Below are positions 11,654 through 26,514 of a DNA stretch of 64,000 nucleotides, piece after piece. Position numbers and translations under genes: made by a program. Source of the stretch: Eutreptiella sp. 'Long Island Sound 2002' (lineage: Eukaryota; Protista; Euglenida); contig OZ038378.1 of assembly GCA_964036045.1 (NCBI GenBank), positions 15,500,001 through 15,564,000 on the forward strand, written 5' to 3'. Positions within the stretch are counted from its first letter, which is position 1. Each line of letters begins with the position of its first letter. The notes under the pieces are model-generated. The model made no database searches. It saw only the letters and a list, made by a program, of their open reading frames with translations, and was not told where the DNA came from.

Positions 11654-14399
11654 CTGGGCATGCGTGCAAGCCAGAGACGTTCATGCACATCGCAGGAGCA
11701 TAGGCACCGATGATTGGAGCGATAGGGGCAGGCCATAGAGGCCGGTGCACACAGCAAACAGACTGTCGCAGGGGGGAAGGGGGGGCTGACTGAACTAAAA
11801 AGGGGCCAAACCAGACGCCAACAAAGATGGTCCACGTCTGGATTAAGACTGCCCACTGATGTATTGTTAGGACGAGCAGATGGGCGTGTTGGTGAAACAC
11901 TGGCGTTCAGAACACTCCCAATGCCCTGCAGTGACAAGAATGGCAGGAGCTGTGTGCGTGTGCTGTGCATGATGTGGGTGGGGGTGCAGGGGGTGGTCCA
12001 CAAAGGCCCCATAGCAAACCGTCAGAACATTCAACTACATCTACAACCAGTTTGTCGGTGGGGGGTCGGCGAGGCCAAATGGGAGGGGGGGCATAAAGCA
12101 AGTGAGCCCATGCTCAAACTGCAAAGTTCAATAAGCTTGCAGCAAACATGTGTACTTGTCGGGCTCTGTAGCGGCAGGCAGGGCTGGTGGACTCGATTGG
12201 TCAGGTTGCAGTGTCCGCATTCTGGCTGCACCTGCCTCACGGCTGTCATCGCCTTCTGTCCATCGTGCCAATGTACAGCGTTTCCACAGTACGAGGTTTG
12301 AAGGTAGGTTCAGCCCTCGGTCCTGCTTCCGCTACCCCTACTGGCGGGGCTGGTGTGGGGGGGGGGGGGGGGCGGCACAGAGTGGAGCGAAGGCTGAGAG
12401 CACTGGCGGAGGATCCAACAGAGTGCGATGCTGTGCCATAAATCTAGGCGCGAGGAACTTCAAGGCACCACATGTGTTGAGAGCGCAACGGGCACGAGGT
12501 GCAGATTTTTGGAGGGCACTTGGCAAGGGGACCGCAGATGTCTGTGGACGGCTCAGCCATGACTCCGAGGAAGGGGGGGAATGCCCTCCTTGAGCATATG
12601 ACACAGAGAGCACACTCCTCCGACAACGCGATGGGCAAAATGCCTAGAATGCAGCACACCACTGATGTGCAACGCCGGATGTTACCCTATGTTGCAACTT
12701 CCACATCATTTTGTGGTGGACAGCACACTACAAATTGTGCAGTTTGGTAGGGACCAGGTGTACGCATGTCAGTGCTGGCAAGAGACTGCACACCACGGGG
12801 AGAGAGCACTCCAATTGATATCAGTGGGATTACAATACTTTCCAACATCCCCCTACAAAACTGCACACCACGCCTGAACCCTTGTGCTTTGCGCCTCACA
12901 CAAAGTATTGCACTCCGCAACATACACACAGTCCAGCACCCCACACCTCACAACAAAAAAAAGGAAATCTCATCAACGACACGCCAGCAGTGTCTGCAAT
13001 TGGCAGACCACATCTACCCTCCTTGAATGTGATCCCCCCCCCCGGTTGCGCAGAGTCCCATCTTACACATACAAGGAAAAATGCCACTGACAATGGGGTT
13101 CAAACCCTGATGTACAGGATGCAACCTTCAGCATTTGCCACTAAGCCGCACCCATGATTGACAGAAAACTAGGGAATTTGCGCGCAAACAACGAGTGTGC
13201 ATGTGACTCAATGTAGCGTACCTATATTGTACAACACACACGTAGCACACAGGCAGGGCACAAGGAGCAGATCCCCTGGTGAAATCACTGCATCCCAATT
13301 CCATTCCATTGTGCGTCCCTATGTGGAGGCCCCCCGGGCAAGTCCACTGTGCTGATGGGAGACACGGGCGCTGGAGCCCATGGGTTCCGTAAGAGCTCGT
13401 GTGCTAGGAGGGAGTGGAAGGGGTTGAAGAGGGGATGTAGATTAAGGGAAAAATTGTTTGGCCGAACTGACCGATTTGCGTGACATCTTCATTATGAGCT
13501 GCACCTCCACAGTAGTGAGCGGAGTGTACGGGAGTGGGTTGAATACCAGGGTTTTGGGGGAGGGGAGCGGTGTCATATCATTCCAGAGTTCTAGTGGGGT
13601 GCAAAAGGGGAAGTCTGTGGGCGGCGAGCAAACGGAAGAGACCGTCGAGTCTCCCTGGCTAATTGTCGATGCCTCGCTGCCTCCGAGTGGCGACTCTGGG
13701 TCGGGTTCCCCCTTCTGTGACGGCTGCGCCCTGGCCGGGGGCCCTGGTCCTGCTGGGAGGTGTGGAGGGGTTGAGGGCATCGGGGATGGTGGGTCTGGTG
13801 GTTGTGGGGGTGGCCACGCTATAACACTGACCACATGTAAAAAGGAAACCAATTCATCTTGTCTAACGGAGGGTTCCGTGCGCCATGACACTATTGCTTC
13901 CCTAGAGGCGAATTGTTGCAGAATGTGTAAAAGCAGAGGCCATGCATGAAAACAATAGTGGGACGTCCCCTAGGGTGTGCCTGGGGGTCTGGACAATTGC
14001 GGTGCATTCACCCTGCAGCCTTGACACATCGCTGGTAAAAACCCTTGACACATCGCTGGTAAAAGCCCTGTGGAAGTTCTCTGGTCCGTGGTCCCCAAAG
14101 TGAGTCCCATAGGCTACTGGGCAAAGTTGTGCGTTGGTTGTGGCTGCTTGCAAGAGTTGTCTCTGCCCCTTTCTCTTGAGGCCGGAGCATGGTTCCATGA
14201 ACCCCACCCTGAAGTACCGTGAACCCAACCTTGAAGTACCGTGAACCACGGGGGGGGGGGGGGCTGCCTACGACTCTCCAGTTCAAACAGGGACTTACCA
14301 GCCTCATTCTGGCTACAACCCATCTCAGCAAGGGGGTATGATTTGGGGACAATAGGTGATTGGATGTTATGGGTCCATTCGCAACCGTTTGCACACATC

Positions 14400-15200
14400 C
14401 TCCAGCAAGGCAGTCACCGTGCCAAAACAACAGATCTCTTCCAGGAGCTGAAACAGTGGGTGTCAACACGCACACCCCTCCTGCTTACGGGCAAACAACT
14501 CACACTGCTGGCCTGGAGTTTCATCCCACAAGATCAGTGATTAGTGGCCACTGCCAGTGACCTCGTCCGTCGCATATCCCTCCTTCACAGAAGATCAGTG
14601 TGGTACAGCTTTGAAGGGGGACCAACTGTTGGGCATTCTCCTCAAGCACTCAACAGTCTTCACCAAGACGGTGAAATCCAGGGTGCGGGAGATGAGAGAG
14701 AGGTCGTTTTGCTGTCCCAAACTTGTGAGGAAAGGCATCCGAACACTTGGTGTTTTTCTCACGCCACAAGGCCAAATCAATGTGACACTCATACCTCTTT
14801 GACCGCGATGCATTCGAGCTTTGTATACCAAACGAATCATTGATTTGGCAGGCAGTGCGCAATCAAGGGGGGGGGGGTTTAAAGCGGTTCTCACTCCGCC
14901 GCCCATGGACGGCTGGTCATTCAAGGCCGTCCGCAGAGCACGCGCCCAATCTTTCCGCATAGAGGAGCGACAAGAACCGGAGGTGTGGGAGGCACTCTCT
15001 TCTTTCAATGTCCCACCAACAGTCCATAATTTTGTCTTGCGCGCATTGTGGTGTAAGCTGCCGGTCACGGCCTGTATGTTCTCTTTTAAAAATACTATGC
15101 ACACTGATTAATCTGCTGCGAATATATCTCGTTCCAAAGGGTGGACACCATGACAGCAACACTATAATGGTGGTACTCCATTCTCAAAAGCTTGATGTTG
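14400..15200 (+). mobile_element. Degenerate non-LTR retrotransposon (LINE) remnant: RT C-terminus and zf-RVT-like region
   Basis: Fragments in different frames: TAGLEFHPTRSV, KGIRTLGVFL and EVWEALSSFNVPPTVHNFVLRALWCKLPV (resembles the W..W...P.K...F.WR...KLP motif downstream of LINE RT). Boundaries approximate. Confidence 0.45.
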
Positions 15201-18200
15201 CTCTCACAGGGAGCGATACCAGCCAGTGCCACTTGCACCACGCTAGCATTCATTTCTCAGGGTTTACAGGCCAGGCGGCAGTGCACATGGCCGTATTGGC
15301 CCTTCTAAACACTCTAGCTGACAGGAAAAATTGCGTCGCCACGTGCCTGAGCATGGGGCAAGCCCGGAGGTGAAGTGCCCGTACCTTTTCGGGCTTAGCA
15401 GTGGAAGAGTTGCAAGGAATTGAGCTTTCGCTTGCAGTTTGGCCAATGGCCCCTGAAAGTGTGCCAAATTACTGGCCAAGGCCGAGCCACGTCCCTTTCA
15501 CTTTATTTCACTTTGCGGCACACCTGAAAACCCGCAATCGGCACCGACGGGTCGGGCCGGTCGTGCCCCTAGAGGACCACCCCACACTTCTTGAGATTTA
15601 GTTTATACCCTAAGACTTCGCTGTATTCCTCAAACAGCTCCCCGAGTCCTTGCGGCCCCTCCATCACTTGCTATAAATCTCCTGAAACAAAGATGAGTGC
15701 GCCGTCTGTGTGTGGTCCGCGCGCGCATGTGTCTGTGAGTATGCTATGTATGTGTGTGTAAAGGCCTGCAAAAAGGGGAAGAACAATATTAAAGAGGGAG
15801 GCCCGCATGGGTCCAGGGCCCCCAGCGGTCGCCTGAGGCGCCAGCTTAAGAAGACAAATCATGCAGTCCCGGCGGTCCGCGGCTCTGTCTCTGGTGCCTG
15901 CTTGGGTCACGGTAGGGGGCCTCGCCTGAGCCAGAACCTTTGTACAGGCCTGCAAAAAGCTACTACCATCTCCTACAGGGTTTAGTAAAGGCGAACCAAG
16001 CGCCAAAGCCCCTGATTACCTCTAGGGTTTTGACGGGCCTAGTTTCTGTGCTGGCCCCTACAGCCGTCAAACTTTTGGCATCCTGACCTAACTTACTCCA
16101 AACCAACACTAGAAAAGAGGGGCGGCCATGTGTGATATTAATGAATCAATTTGGTTTGTTTTTACTAGGCCTCTAGACAATGCTAACCTGCACATCAAAG
16201 TGAAACACATGGGGCGAAGGAACCACACTCACACCCACACACCCGATTGGAACAAGCCATCGGACCGTCACTTGACGGTGGCAACGTTCTGCCTACACAT
16301 CTCTAAGGTCCAAGCTCTCTTGGGCTCTTCTAAATCCTAACCTACGGGGGGTGGGGCGAGCCCTCCTATAAGAGAAACATGCAGATCACGTGCTCCACCA
16401 AGTGGCCACTCTGGTCCAGCACAACTTGTAACTAGCCTAGAGCTTGGAGAAGGAAGCAGCACACCATGTAGCGCCGCGTCATAGCGCAACCCCCCCCCCC
16501 CCCCAACACCCCCCCCTTTCCTTCTTCCCCCAACAAACTTTCTGCGAGACGCGGGATTCAGGAATAGGGTGAAGTATTACCCCCCAGCGACACACACACA
16601 CAGACACACGAGGACAGAGCCCACAGAACCCTCTGTAGAGGGAGGTTATCACCAAAATGAGGGGCCATGCCGAGGAATCCGGGTCTTCAGGTGGCCCTTC
16701 TACCAGAATCAGAATGGCCGATGGTCCTGCATGTGTACTAGCCTTGCTGTCCCATGCTCATGCCCCTCCTTGGTGTGGCCCTTCACATCATACGTCCATG
16801 ACCTTAAAAGGACTTGCACAAGGAGTTTGCATTTACTAGTACACGAAATGTGCTTTGTTGCATGCATTGTCAGGTTCACCAGGTGCTACTATGTGGTATA
16901 ATTCCCGAGGGGGGCCATCACTTGATGACCGGCCGTTGCCCCCATCCCAGCACCAAGAGTCTGGTCAGCACACCAGAGAATTTGTGCACAGGGTCCTTTT
17001 TGTGCACAAGTTCCTTGGTGTATGGACCGAAAAGCAGGGGAGACAAGAAAAGGGGGGGGACGTGTGCACGAATTTCCTGGTATGAGTTCACTGTGTCTGT
17101 GTCTGTGTCTGTGTCTGTGTGTCTTGTGTGTCTGTTCACATACAATCAATGGAAAGCTGACCAGCAAGAGAGTGCATGCACACAACATGTCACACACACA
17201 ATGTATGGGGCTTGAGGGTTTTGCAATATACATTGGGCAACGATTCAAACCACCAACCATAGTCGTAAAAACACACTGCTTATCCAATTCACATAACAAT
17301 ACTCACACGGAACCTAAAACAACCCCCGTTCATATGTGTTTGCATCACCTACGAAGAAACACTATGGTGCCGTGCATCACACTACTGTCTGGTATGGCAC
17401 CCTATTGTACCACCACTTGTATTGTATGGTCACTCTGCAGTGAAGTGTACCCGGAATGGGCTTGGGCCCGCAGGATCCCTCACTCTTCACTTACTATTGT
17501 AAGGGTGTGTGTGGGTCAGCTGGGTTTGGGTGGGAGTGGGGGGGGGGGGGGCAGGGAAAGTGTGTGTGAGGGAAGGAAAGGGGTGTGGGGGAGGGGGCCT
17601 TTGTACTGTGCTTGGGGTGCACTGTGAGCAAGGGTGGGGACGTTGCATTGCGCTCTGTGCAGGTGAACGTGCATTTTTGTGTTTGGGTGGGTCAGTTGGG
17701 TTGGGTTGGGGCGCGGGGGGGGGGGGGGGTTGGAGGGGGAAATGTGTGTGTGTGGGGGGGGGGGGGGGGGGCAGTTGTGTGCTGTGATTGCATTGTTTGA
17801 ATTGCTGGACACATTCTTTGAATTGCATGGTAGCCGAATCTACCACCGACTGTCTTATACCGGCACTCTGCAGTAAAATGTACCCGGGACTTGCGCTCTT
17901 GAACTACTGTTGTAAGGGTGTGTGAGTCGGCATTGCATGACTGTTACAATTCACGGCGATAAATTTATTTGAAATAGTGATGCACATACATAAATTATTT
18001 AGTCATCGAATACTTTAGGTTATTGAGATATTGGAATTAACAACAATTAATTACTAAGCTTTGACTATTAACACATCCCCCCTCCTGCCCTTCCCCCCCT
18101 CCACACACACTGCCCGTTGTGACCCCCCAAATTTGTGACAAGCCATACAAACAACATGGCACTCAGTACGGGTTACACACCACAATATCAGCCTTCGCAG

Positions 18201-18689
18201 AACACACACATGGATATCTGTGGCCTTTTTCCTGTCATCGTGCCCCTACTGAATGGCAGCTATGCTTTGTTCAGGTGTGGGGAGCTGGGCCTCCTCTATC
18301 TTGCACCCGGCACAACCACAAGCACCATTTTCAGGTCAGGTTAGACTTGTCTGGCTGGCAGACAAAGAGTGGGGATGGACCCTGTGGAAGACTGACTTTG
18401 CTTTACAAAACACCACCTTCAGGAACCGATACTTCTAGCCAACAGTTGCACCGTGTGTGCACTGCATCACATGCTACCCATGTGGCAACAGCAGCAGACT
18501 ATTTAAGAAATAAAAGAATGGGCTCTTTGCTTTGCTGTCGTCGACCAATTATGAGTTGTGAATGTTGGCAGCCGTTTGACTTAAAATGTCATGAACTGCA
18601 AATGCCCCACCCAATGCACGCAGAGGCACAGACCCAGTTTATTATTTGAGCACTTTTGAGCGGCGGAGAGTTAGGTGCAGCACACACAC

Positions 18690-18953
18690 CGTTTCAGGGA
18701 CTCCACCTCGTCAGTACGTGCCTGCAATTGCTGCTGCATCTCTGCTAAGTGGGCCGCCCCGTAGGCCACCCATGCCCCATACTTGTCATCCACCTGCTCC
18801 ACAGCCTTCAATACCTTGACTTCTTTCCTGTGGTACAGGCGCAGAGCCCGTAGCCTTGCTGGCAGGAGGACAGCAAACTTGTGAGGCCACTTACACAGGG
18901 TGTCCCGCACGTGCTTGGCCTCCCACGCAATGCGCTGCATGTCCTTCTCAGAT
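18690..18953 (-). CDS. Internal exon, probably of the same gene as 10639-11653
   Basis: Protein-like frame SEKDMQRIAWEAKHVRDTLCKWP...LAEMQQQLQARTDEVESLK; AG acceptor at 18954-18955; GT donor at 18688-18689 in phase 2, matching the phase-2 acceptor at 11653 (..SLKR|FIKHDEVEW..). Confidence 0.6.
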
Positions 18954-21900
18954 CTGCGAAGCAGCACTCGTGCCAGCCAATAAATCACGAACATGAAGAT
19001 AGAGACGAAAATGGCGATTGCAGTCCGCAAGAGGGACACAGCAACTGCGATTAGCCACATTCTGTGCAAAAGGTTTACTGCAATAGGGAGGCAGAACCGC
19101 AGTGGCAGTGGAGGGACAACGAGGAGCTGTGCAACAGGTCTTGATCCTAGCAGAGCAGCATGGCAGTCTCAATGGTGCTGGGCTGGAGGTGGCCACAACA
19201 GAAAAAGCTCAAGAAAAAAAGGTAGGTTACCCTGTTTGGTTCCTCTGTAATTTCCAGCCCCTACCACAGGGACTTGCTTGAGTAGGGGCAGGGGGAAGAT
19301 GGCGAGAGCCTGTATGGGAGGGGGGAGGGGGAAACCCCCCCCCTCCTGCTGGAATGTACTCAAGCGTGGGAAAGAGAAAAATTGTTGGACAGTGACCCAA
19401 TCAGCGCATAGACCGGTGTTTTTTGTAGTGGACACTGGTGTTATTGGATTACATTTGGCCTTGTTGGTTGTGCCTCGTGAAGGACAGTGTATTGATTCTG
19501 GGGCTGTGAAAGACAAAAATACACATGATGTAACAGGTCACTGTTGCTCCGCAGCTGTGCTGCTCATTGCACGCTGGCAGTGGGCAGCAGTTAAGTAAAA
19601 TTCAACAAACCTCATGGTCTTGTGATGCCATACCCCCTGCTACAGTCACATACCTGGGTAGGGAGAGGGCACACAAAGATAGTGTGGAAATTGTTTTTTT
19701 TGTGAAAAAAATAAAACATGCCTCTTGTTGCTTTACACCTTTGGTCTACCAAGAAGTGAGCGAGTGCTGGGACATTGCATTTGGAACAGAAATGCCATTG
19801 GGTCGATACATCCTCCATATGCACTGAAAGTGGTGGTGCCACTCAGAAATGTCGCAAAAACCCTGCTCTTCAGCTGAAATCCCAGCTTTTTAGAGTGGAG
19901 CGGGGACAGGGGATGACTGTGGGTGGCCCATGTCATCGCACAAAACGCCCGCCCCCCCCGCCCCACACACCTCCAAAAGGGGTGGGGGATTGCTGTTGGA
20001 ATGATTGATGTTGGAATTGGAGGCCGATACTTGGCTCTGGAAACACCTCAGAAGCTGCAATAGCCCTCCGGGTGATACTGCACATTGGCCACCCATGTGC
20101 ATGCTCCCTGCATTGAAAATGACCCCCACTTGCCTCTGCCCTCTATCCTTGGAGCATCCGAGCTTGGAAAGCAGCGATGCAAGTGGGCTGGCAGACTGCC
20201 CTGCCCCCATCTTGCTGCAACCCACCTGTGCCAACTGTCCCTGGTATACCTGAACTGGGGCATCGAGGATCAATCAAAACGCTTGATCAGGCTGGTTGGC
20301 TCCCTTGGTGGGCCCTTCCCAAGCCTGACCCCTGACACTCCCTCCTGTGTGGTGCACTGCAATGAAGGTGGGGGGCTCTAGGACAAGGGCGGCCGCTCTT
20401 GACTTATGTGCACTCTCCTTTCACCGCCTAATGGTGGACCCTAGGGATGTGCCTTCCTGTGAGTCTTCAAAAATGCTGGAGGACGGCCCAAGGGAGTCCT
20501 GTCCTCAACCACCTCCAAGTGCCCCATCCCCTAACCTTGACAGCCGATTCCCTGAAGGGCGAGGCGCCCAATGGTTTAATACCTAGCCTTCTAGCAAACT
20601 CCTTAGGGGTCCTAAGGACTTGCCGCATGGGCCCTTTCGGATGAGGACAGCCCGGGGGTTTGCAACCCTAGGGGTCCATTATAGACTTGCACCCCCACAT
20701 TATGCTCATGTCCAACCCCAAGCCTTAGTTTCCTGCATGCGCTGCTGCACGTCTTGGGGCTTGGTGAGCACCGGCCGTCCATTCACACTTGTGACAGCTC
20801 CCACCTCAAAGGAGTTAGCATGAAGTACTGATTTAATTGCTGTGCTGGCAGTACTGTGCACTCCTGTGTGGCTCGGCCGACAATGGAGAGTGCCAAATGC
20901 AGGACCCTGCCCTTCTCCTGGAGGGGCATCTGTGCCCTTGGCCTGTGTGTGCACGCCTATCCAACCTTCTGCTCGCTTTTGGGGATCCCTCACTACCACA
21001 TACTTGTCGAGGACCATTGGGACTACACAAGCTTGGGATATCTGCCCATGCTGGGACGGATGCCTAGGGCAGCACCTATGGGGTTTGGCTCCCACAGCAT
21101 CTGCCGCTAAAGCTTGGGTTGCAAATGTGTTGGAGTGAAAAAATGGATCCAGTTTGAATGTAATGAACATTCGATTTCAACAAGGAACTGTGCAATCCTG
21201 CCCATCCATAACTTGCAGAAGGACCCCCCCCACCTCTCCCTTGGGAGAGCAACACTAAAGGCCCAAAATTTGATGGAAACAACACCTACGGCTGCTCTGA
21301 CAAGGGGGGGTATTTACAGAGGACAAAGTAGGACATGGTTCCAAAAGTTGCGGAAACAACATCTACTGTTGCTCTTACAAAAGTGTTGCTCTTGCAATTG
21401 GGGGGTGGGGTGGGGTACATGTGGCAGAAACATGATGCTTGAGGTTGTGCTTTCTGTTGGTTTCTCCTTTGCCTGCTCACCTTTGGCTTGGGAATGTGAC
21501 ACTGTACATGATGCAAAGAAATCTGCAGAATGCTTGAAGCTAAGACTTGATTGTGAGGGGGAACCACCACACCCTGAGTGCATTGGACCCCCCCCCCCGC
21601 CCTGTAAGAGGGTACCCCTCCCCCTTGTATGGGTCTGGGAACCCACTTGCCTTCAAGAATGTCTCTTGTGTAATACAACTTGGTTGTGCTATCAAGTTCC
21701 ATTTCACAGAAAATGATTCAAAGTGTCTTGCCAAAGTACCCTCGAGGGTATAGTGGATACAAGTGGAAGTGCCTCACAACACATTGACCCTCAATATAGC
21801 ACAGTGTAGGTCCTCAATTCATCCCCACAAATGCCAACTTCCTAACCTTGCCAACTTCTGGGCTTGCTGAATCTTGAGGTCAAAGCATCCCAGACATACA

Positions 21901-24900
21901 TACATATATACATACATACATGCTGCCGAATCACTACACGTGGATTTGGGGGGCACTCTGCTGAATTCTTGAAAAGGGATTCGAAGGACTGCGACACCTT
22001 GAAAATGGAGTTACTAGAACAATTGCAAAAATACCCATGGTAGCAGCTATTGTCCATTTCCTCCGTGGGCAATCATTGTGAAGGCACGATTATGGCATCT
22101 CCCTGATTACACAGACTTGAGAACTGTGCTGCTGCACCCGCTAGCTGATCCAGCTGTGTTACTAGATTTAGCCCTAAATCTGGTCACCGTGTTTGTTGGC
22201 ACTATTGTAGCAGCCCAATACAGTTCCCCAGCAGCCCATGAATTTACCCTCCGCCCCCCGCCCCCCGCCCGTGTCCAACGAACAATTTGTCGATCCGAAC
22301 AGGAGTGTTCAGTGGACACACCATTCGGTGCGCGCAGCAATATTGTGAAATGGTGGTAACACATCCCTAGGCACAAGTTACCCAATGCAATGGAGGCCTC
22401 CAATTAGCACTTTTCAGAGTAGAAGCCCTTGTTGCGATCCCGTTTCATGCGGAAAAGTTGAACATGCTCCCTGGGCTTGGGGCCCTTCTTGTTCTTGGCA
22501 TGGGCAGAAATGGTGGTACTGCTTGTATAGCACCTCCCGGCCAGGTGCAAGCAGAGATCAGTCATGGTGGGCAATAGAGGTCCTGTAGTTGAGGGACAAC
22601 ATTCCCTCAACCTGCTTTACAAAGTTGCCCACCATTACTGCAAGATAGATCACAACAGCCCCTCATTTCCCCAAACCTTTAGCCTGAAACGGGGTTTCTG
22701 GAGCCCGACACCTAATTAAGTACCGAATCAATTAGGTCCTCAAAAATACAGCCTGAACGGAAGTGTTCGTTGGACACAGTGTTTGTTGGACAGGGGGGAG
22801 GGGGAGAAAGGTGGAGATTGTGGGATTCAAGCCTAGAGTGCCTATTGGATATTCTGTTTTCCTTGGTCATGGTGGAGGTGCCTGGTTCATGGATTGGCGA
22901 TATGCATAACCCAATTGGTCTGTTATTGGTTCAGGGTGTGCCAGTGGCTTTGGTTAGAGATGCAATTAATGAAATAATGCAATTAATGTAATACATTACA
23001 TTACTTTTGAGACTGCCTTGCGCGCTTGATGCTAGAGGATGTTACTGTCAGTCATATTTTCCTGTTCAGTCCCATTTGCAAGATTGGCGGTCACTGGATG
23101 GCTGAAACCCTGTTGTGTATTGTGTCACGTTGGACGGCACATGGTACCAAATCGCCGTGGTACATGAATTACATTCAAGGGGCCTGATCAAGCATGCTGC
23201 TTGTTGAGGTGTTGGCTACCTGTTTTCCAAGTTTGTGTTTGAGGAATATTACTTGTACTGGTTGCTTGTTGCAAACAAATGATCTTGCCTTGCCTACACA
23301 CATTCCTACTGCACTGTGCCATGTTGTTGGTTTTCTTAGCCCTGCTGAATCCCTGCAAAGGGAATTTGCCATTGCCTTGTCTAGTCGCATTAAGGATGCG
23401 AACAGTTGTCCAACGGTGCCTTGGGATGATACGTTTGCTGATTTTCAGAATGGGCAGCCTGCAAACTTCACAGGTGCAAAATATCGTCCTCCTGATGACA
23501 ATGATGACGAGGTTGAGAAGGTGCACCCAAACATTCCAACTCCGGTAGGCCTGAAAAAAAACACATGCCAAGAAGCCAAAGGCTGAAGCTACACTGCCCC
23601 CTAGTCTGCTGCCAAGTCTGCCAAAGGTGAGCTTGCCTCCACTGCAGAGGGTCTTCAGACCTTTTCGTCGTTGCTGGTTCCTGGTGCATCATCGTCTGGT
23701 GTTACAGCACCAGCCTCTACTGGTTCTGTTGGCCACAGGCAGGCACTAGGTGCCCGGCGCCACACATGATGGTCCTGTCTTCCTGTAGGTCATCTGTGCT
23801 TGTTGCTGATTCCTGATGTTGTTATGCATGTTGCCCCCCACCTTTTTTTTTAATTTCTCACATCTCACTGAATTTTCAGTCAGACTTGCCATTGATGTGC
23901 AATTGATACCATGAATTCTCTACTCATCAAAAGCTGACTGGATTTTCAGCCAGCTTTGTGGAAATGGGCAAATCAAAGTCCTTGTTTGCCCTACTACCTA
24001 CGTTGCTCTGCGGGTTCTGCATTTCATGACTAATTTCATTATCCTGATGAACCCATCTTGGGGTCTACTGTCCTGAAATTGCCATTCCGCTTACCTATTT
24101 TGGTACAAGGCTCTTCCCAGCATTCATACTCACCGCAGACAGATCTCCCTCTTTCAACCATCGTACTTAGGGTCCCAGCGTCTTGCGCACAGCGCACATT
24201 GAAAACCAGCCCCTAAAATGAGCTTGCATTTGGTCTGTGATGATTGGCCTCATTTCAGCCAGCCAGTGTCGGGGAGGGGGGGGCTTGGAACACCAAAATT
24301 GACCCACACACTTGTGGGGGCAAAAATGTTTACTAGGCACTAGGCGCAATACATATCACATGAAATAGTGGAATTCACAGATTTGGTCTTGTGTTGTATC
24401 CTCTATAGGGAAGAGTGTGTATTGATTCTGGTCTGTTTGGGGGGCAGGGTAAAGCTGGGGTTAAATTAGGGATACTTGGTGCAAAAGTAGCCCGCCAGCC
24501 GCGCCAAGCAACCACCACCTCCCAACCTCCCAACCAACGTCAGAGCCCCGTTGTTTCCCTTTGCGATGGGCAACCGCCATGTCCATAGACGAAGCCTCCC
24601 AATTGCAATGAGACCCTAACAATGGGGACCTAGTTCATCTGTCGCTTGAGGCCAGGGAAACATTGGTCACACTATTGATTTTGCCAGCGCCTCCACCATC
24701 TGAAATAATGGGATGTTGTTCCCTCAGCAATCAGTCAAGCAGGAGGTTTGCAATGAACCCTTATCACAGATACCTCTTCAATGGGCACCTGGGGGTGTAA
24801 CCCCCCCCCCCTGTTTGTCATCTCATTTTCTATCATTCAATCCTCCAAATTAGGTCGCACTCCTCCCCCAATTTTGAAGGCAAGGAAATCTGGACATGTG

Positions 24901-26514
24901 GCTTGGCAATTAGTAGGTACCCCTTCGCTGTTGATGGTTAAGTGCTGGCGTTTGGAGGTCAATCAATGCTTGTTGACTGCCAGCTGTTCACGCCAACTGT
25001 TACGGAGCAAAAAAATTTCTTTTTCACTTTAAGGAGAGTCTTGCTGGACACCACTTTCTCTGCATGCATGGGAACCCATGACATTTATCCTCCTTGACCT
25101 TCCAATTTTGCCTTGAAAATCAAGGGGCTTGCAGCGACAGAAAATGAACACTATCTATTGGGCCCAATCAGGATATTGGCCAAACCAGAAAGTGAAGCCA
25201 TCTGGCGAGCAGGGTGGGTGGGGGGGCGGGGCAGGTGGGGGGCAGGATCCTCAGAAAGTTGACACCGTGCCAGGGTTTGTAACCCCACCCCTAACTTTTT
25301 TCCTTTCTGTACCCCAAAGCACAAGTGGGCTCAGTTTGGATTCCCCCTAATCCCAGCCCGTGATAGGGTTGCATGCACCACCGACCACAGGCATCAAATG
25401 AGACACCATGTAGGACATGAATGCTTCTAGTAACCCTGTGAGTGGTGGGACCGAAACATTGCACTTTCCATACGCTAATACCAGCCTCCCCCATATCCCC
25501 CAGGACATCCACACGCTTACTTGATTCACTGGTTATGCCTACTTGATTCACTGATGCTCATGAAAATGGACCCCAATCCGGGGACTCCCCTCAACAGCTA
25601 CCATTGGTCCTTATGTCCGACAACAGAGCAAGTGAATGACAGGGGATCATCGATATCTGGTGGCACAGAGGAGTCACGAAGTCAAATTCCCCCACACGAT
25701 ACCACATACTTTGTAGGGCTGTGTGTTGTGCGCCCTATGGCCTTAATTGAGCCTGAACCCACTGGGTTTTTCAACCTGAGGACTACAACTCGCATCCCAA
25801 GGGGTACTAGCCGAATGGGGCCAATGTGCTGCAGGTACGCTGAGGGGCTGATCAGTGACCTAAATGCACGCCACTACCCTGGTAGAGTCAAAGCCCCAGG
25901 GGGAACATAAGATAAAAGAAATGCGGGTCAAAAGTTCATGAACAGTGACCGCCCAAGGACGCAATCAACAAGTACATCGACAGTTGCACATATGAACGGT
26001 GAGCAAAAGAAAGCATAAGCTGAAGTAACAGGACAGTTGCCCAGTAAACACGTGGACCGTAGTGTTGTGGGGCTGGCTGAAGAACATGGTTGCAAAGGTC
26101 TAGGGAGGGGACATCCAGTTCAGCTGACTGACCATCTTGATGCTCCATTTTTTCTTCCAAATGCTCCTTGCCCAGAGTTTAGCAATAATACCCACAAACA
26201 TGCAGTGCACAGGAAAAACAAGCCTCACTCAAACTAGGCAGTCGTTATACAGCAGACAAACACACACACACACACACACTCACTCACGCACACACACAAT
26301 TTGCAAACAAACAGACGAGCACGCACACACACACACTCTCTCTGCAAACAGAGCTAAACCACAGCTCAGCCAACGCTGAGCCTACCCTGAGCCAAGATTT
26401 TACAGGGGGTTTGAGATTCAGTGCCTCCGTTTTTGCTGAAACAAGTACAAAAAATGGTGGAGCATGATAGTGGTGTGATAGCATCACCCCTAACATATGG
26501 GTGGGGCTGGTTGT

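Noticed and set aside
13442-13949. Overlapping Pro-rich and Gly-rich ORFs on both strands
   Set aside because: Compositional ORFs without domain or convincing splice sites.
23100-23586. Cys/His pattern suggestive of a decayed PHD finger
   Set aside because: Ligand spacing is broken across frames; not supportable.
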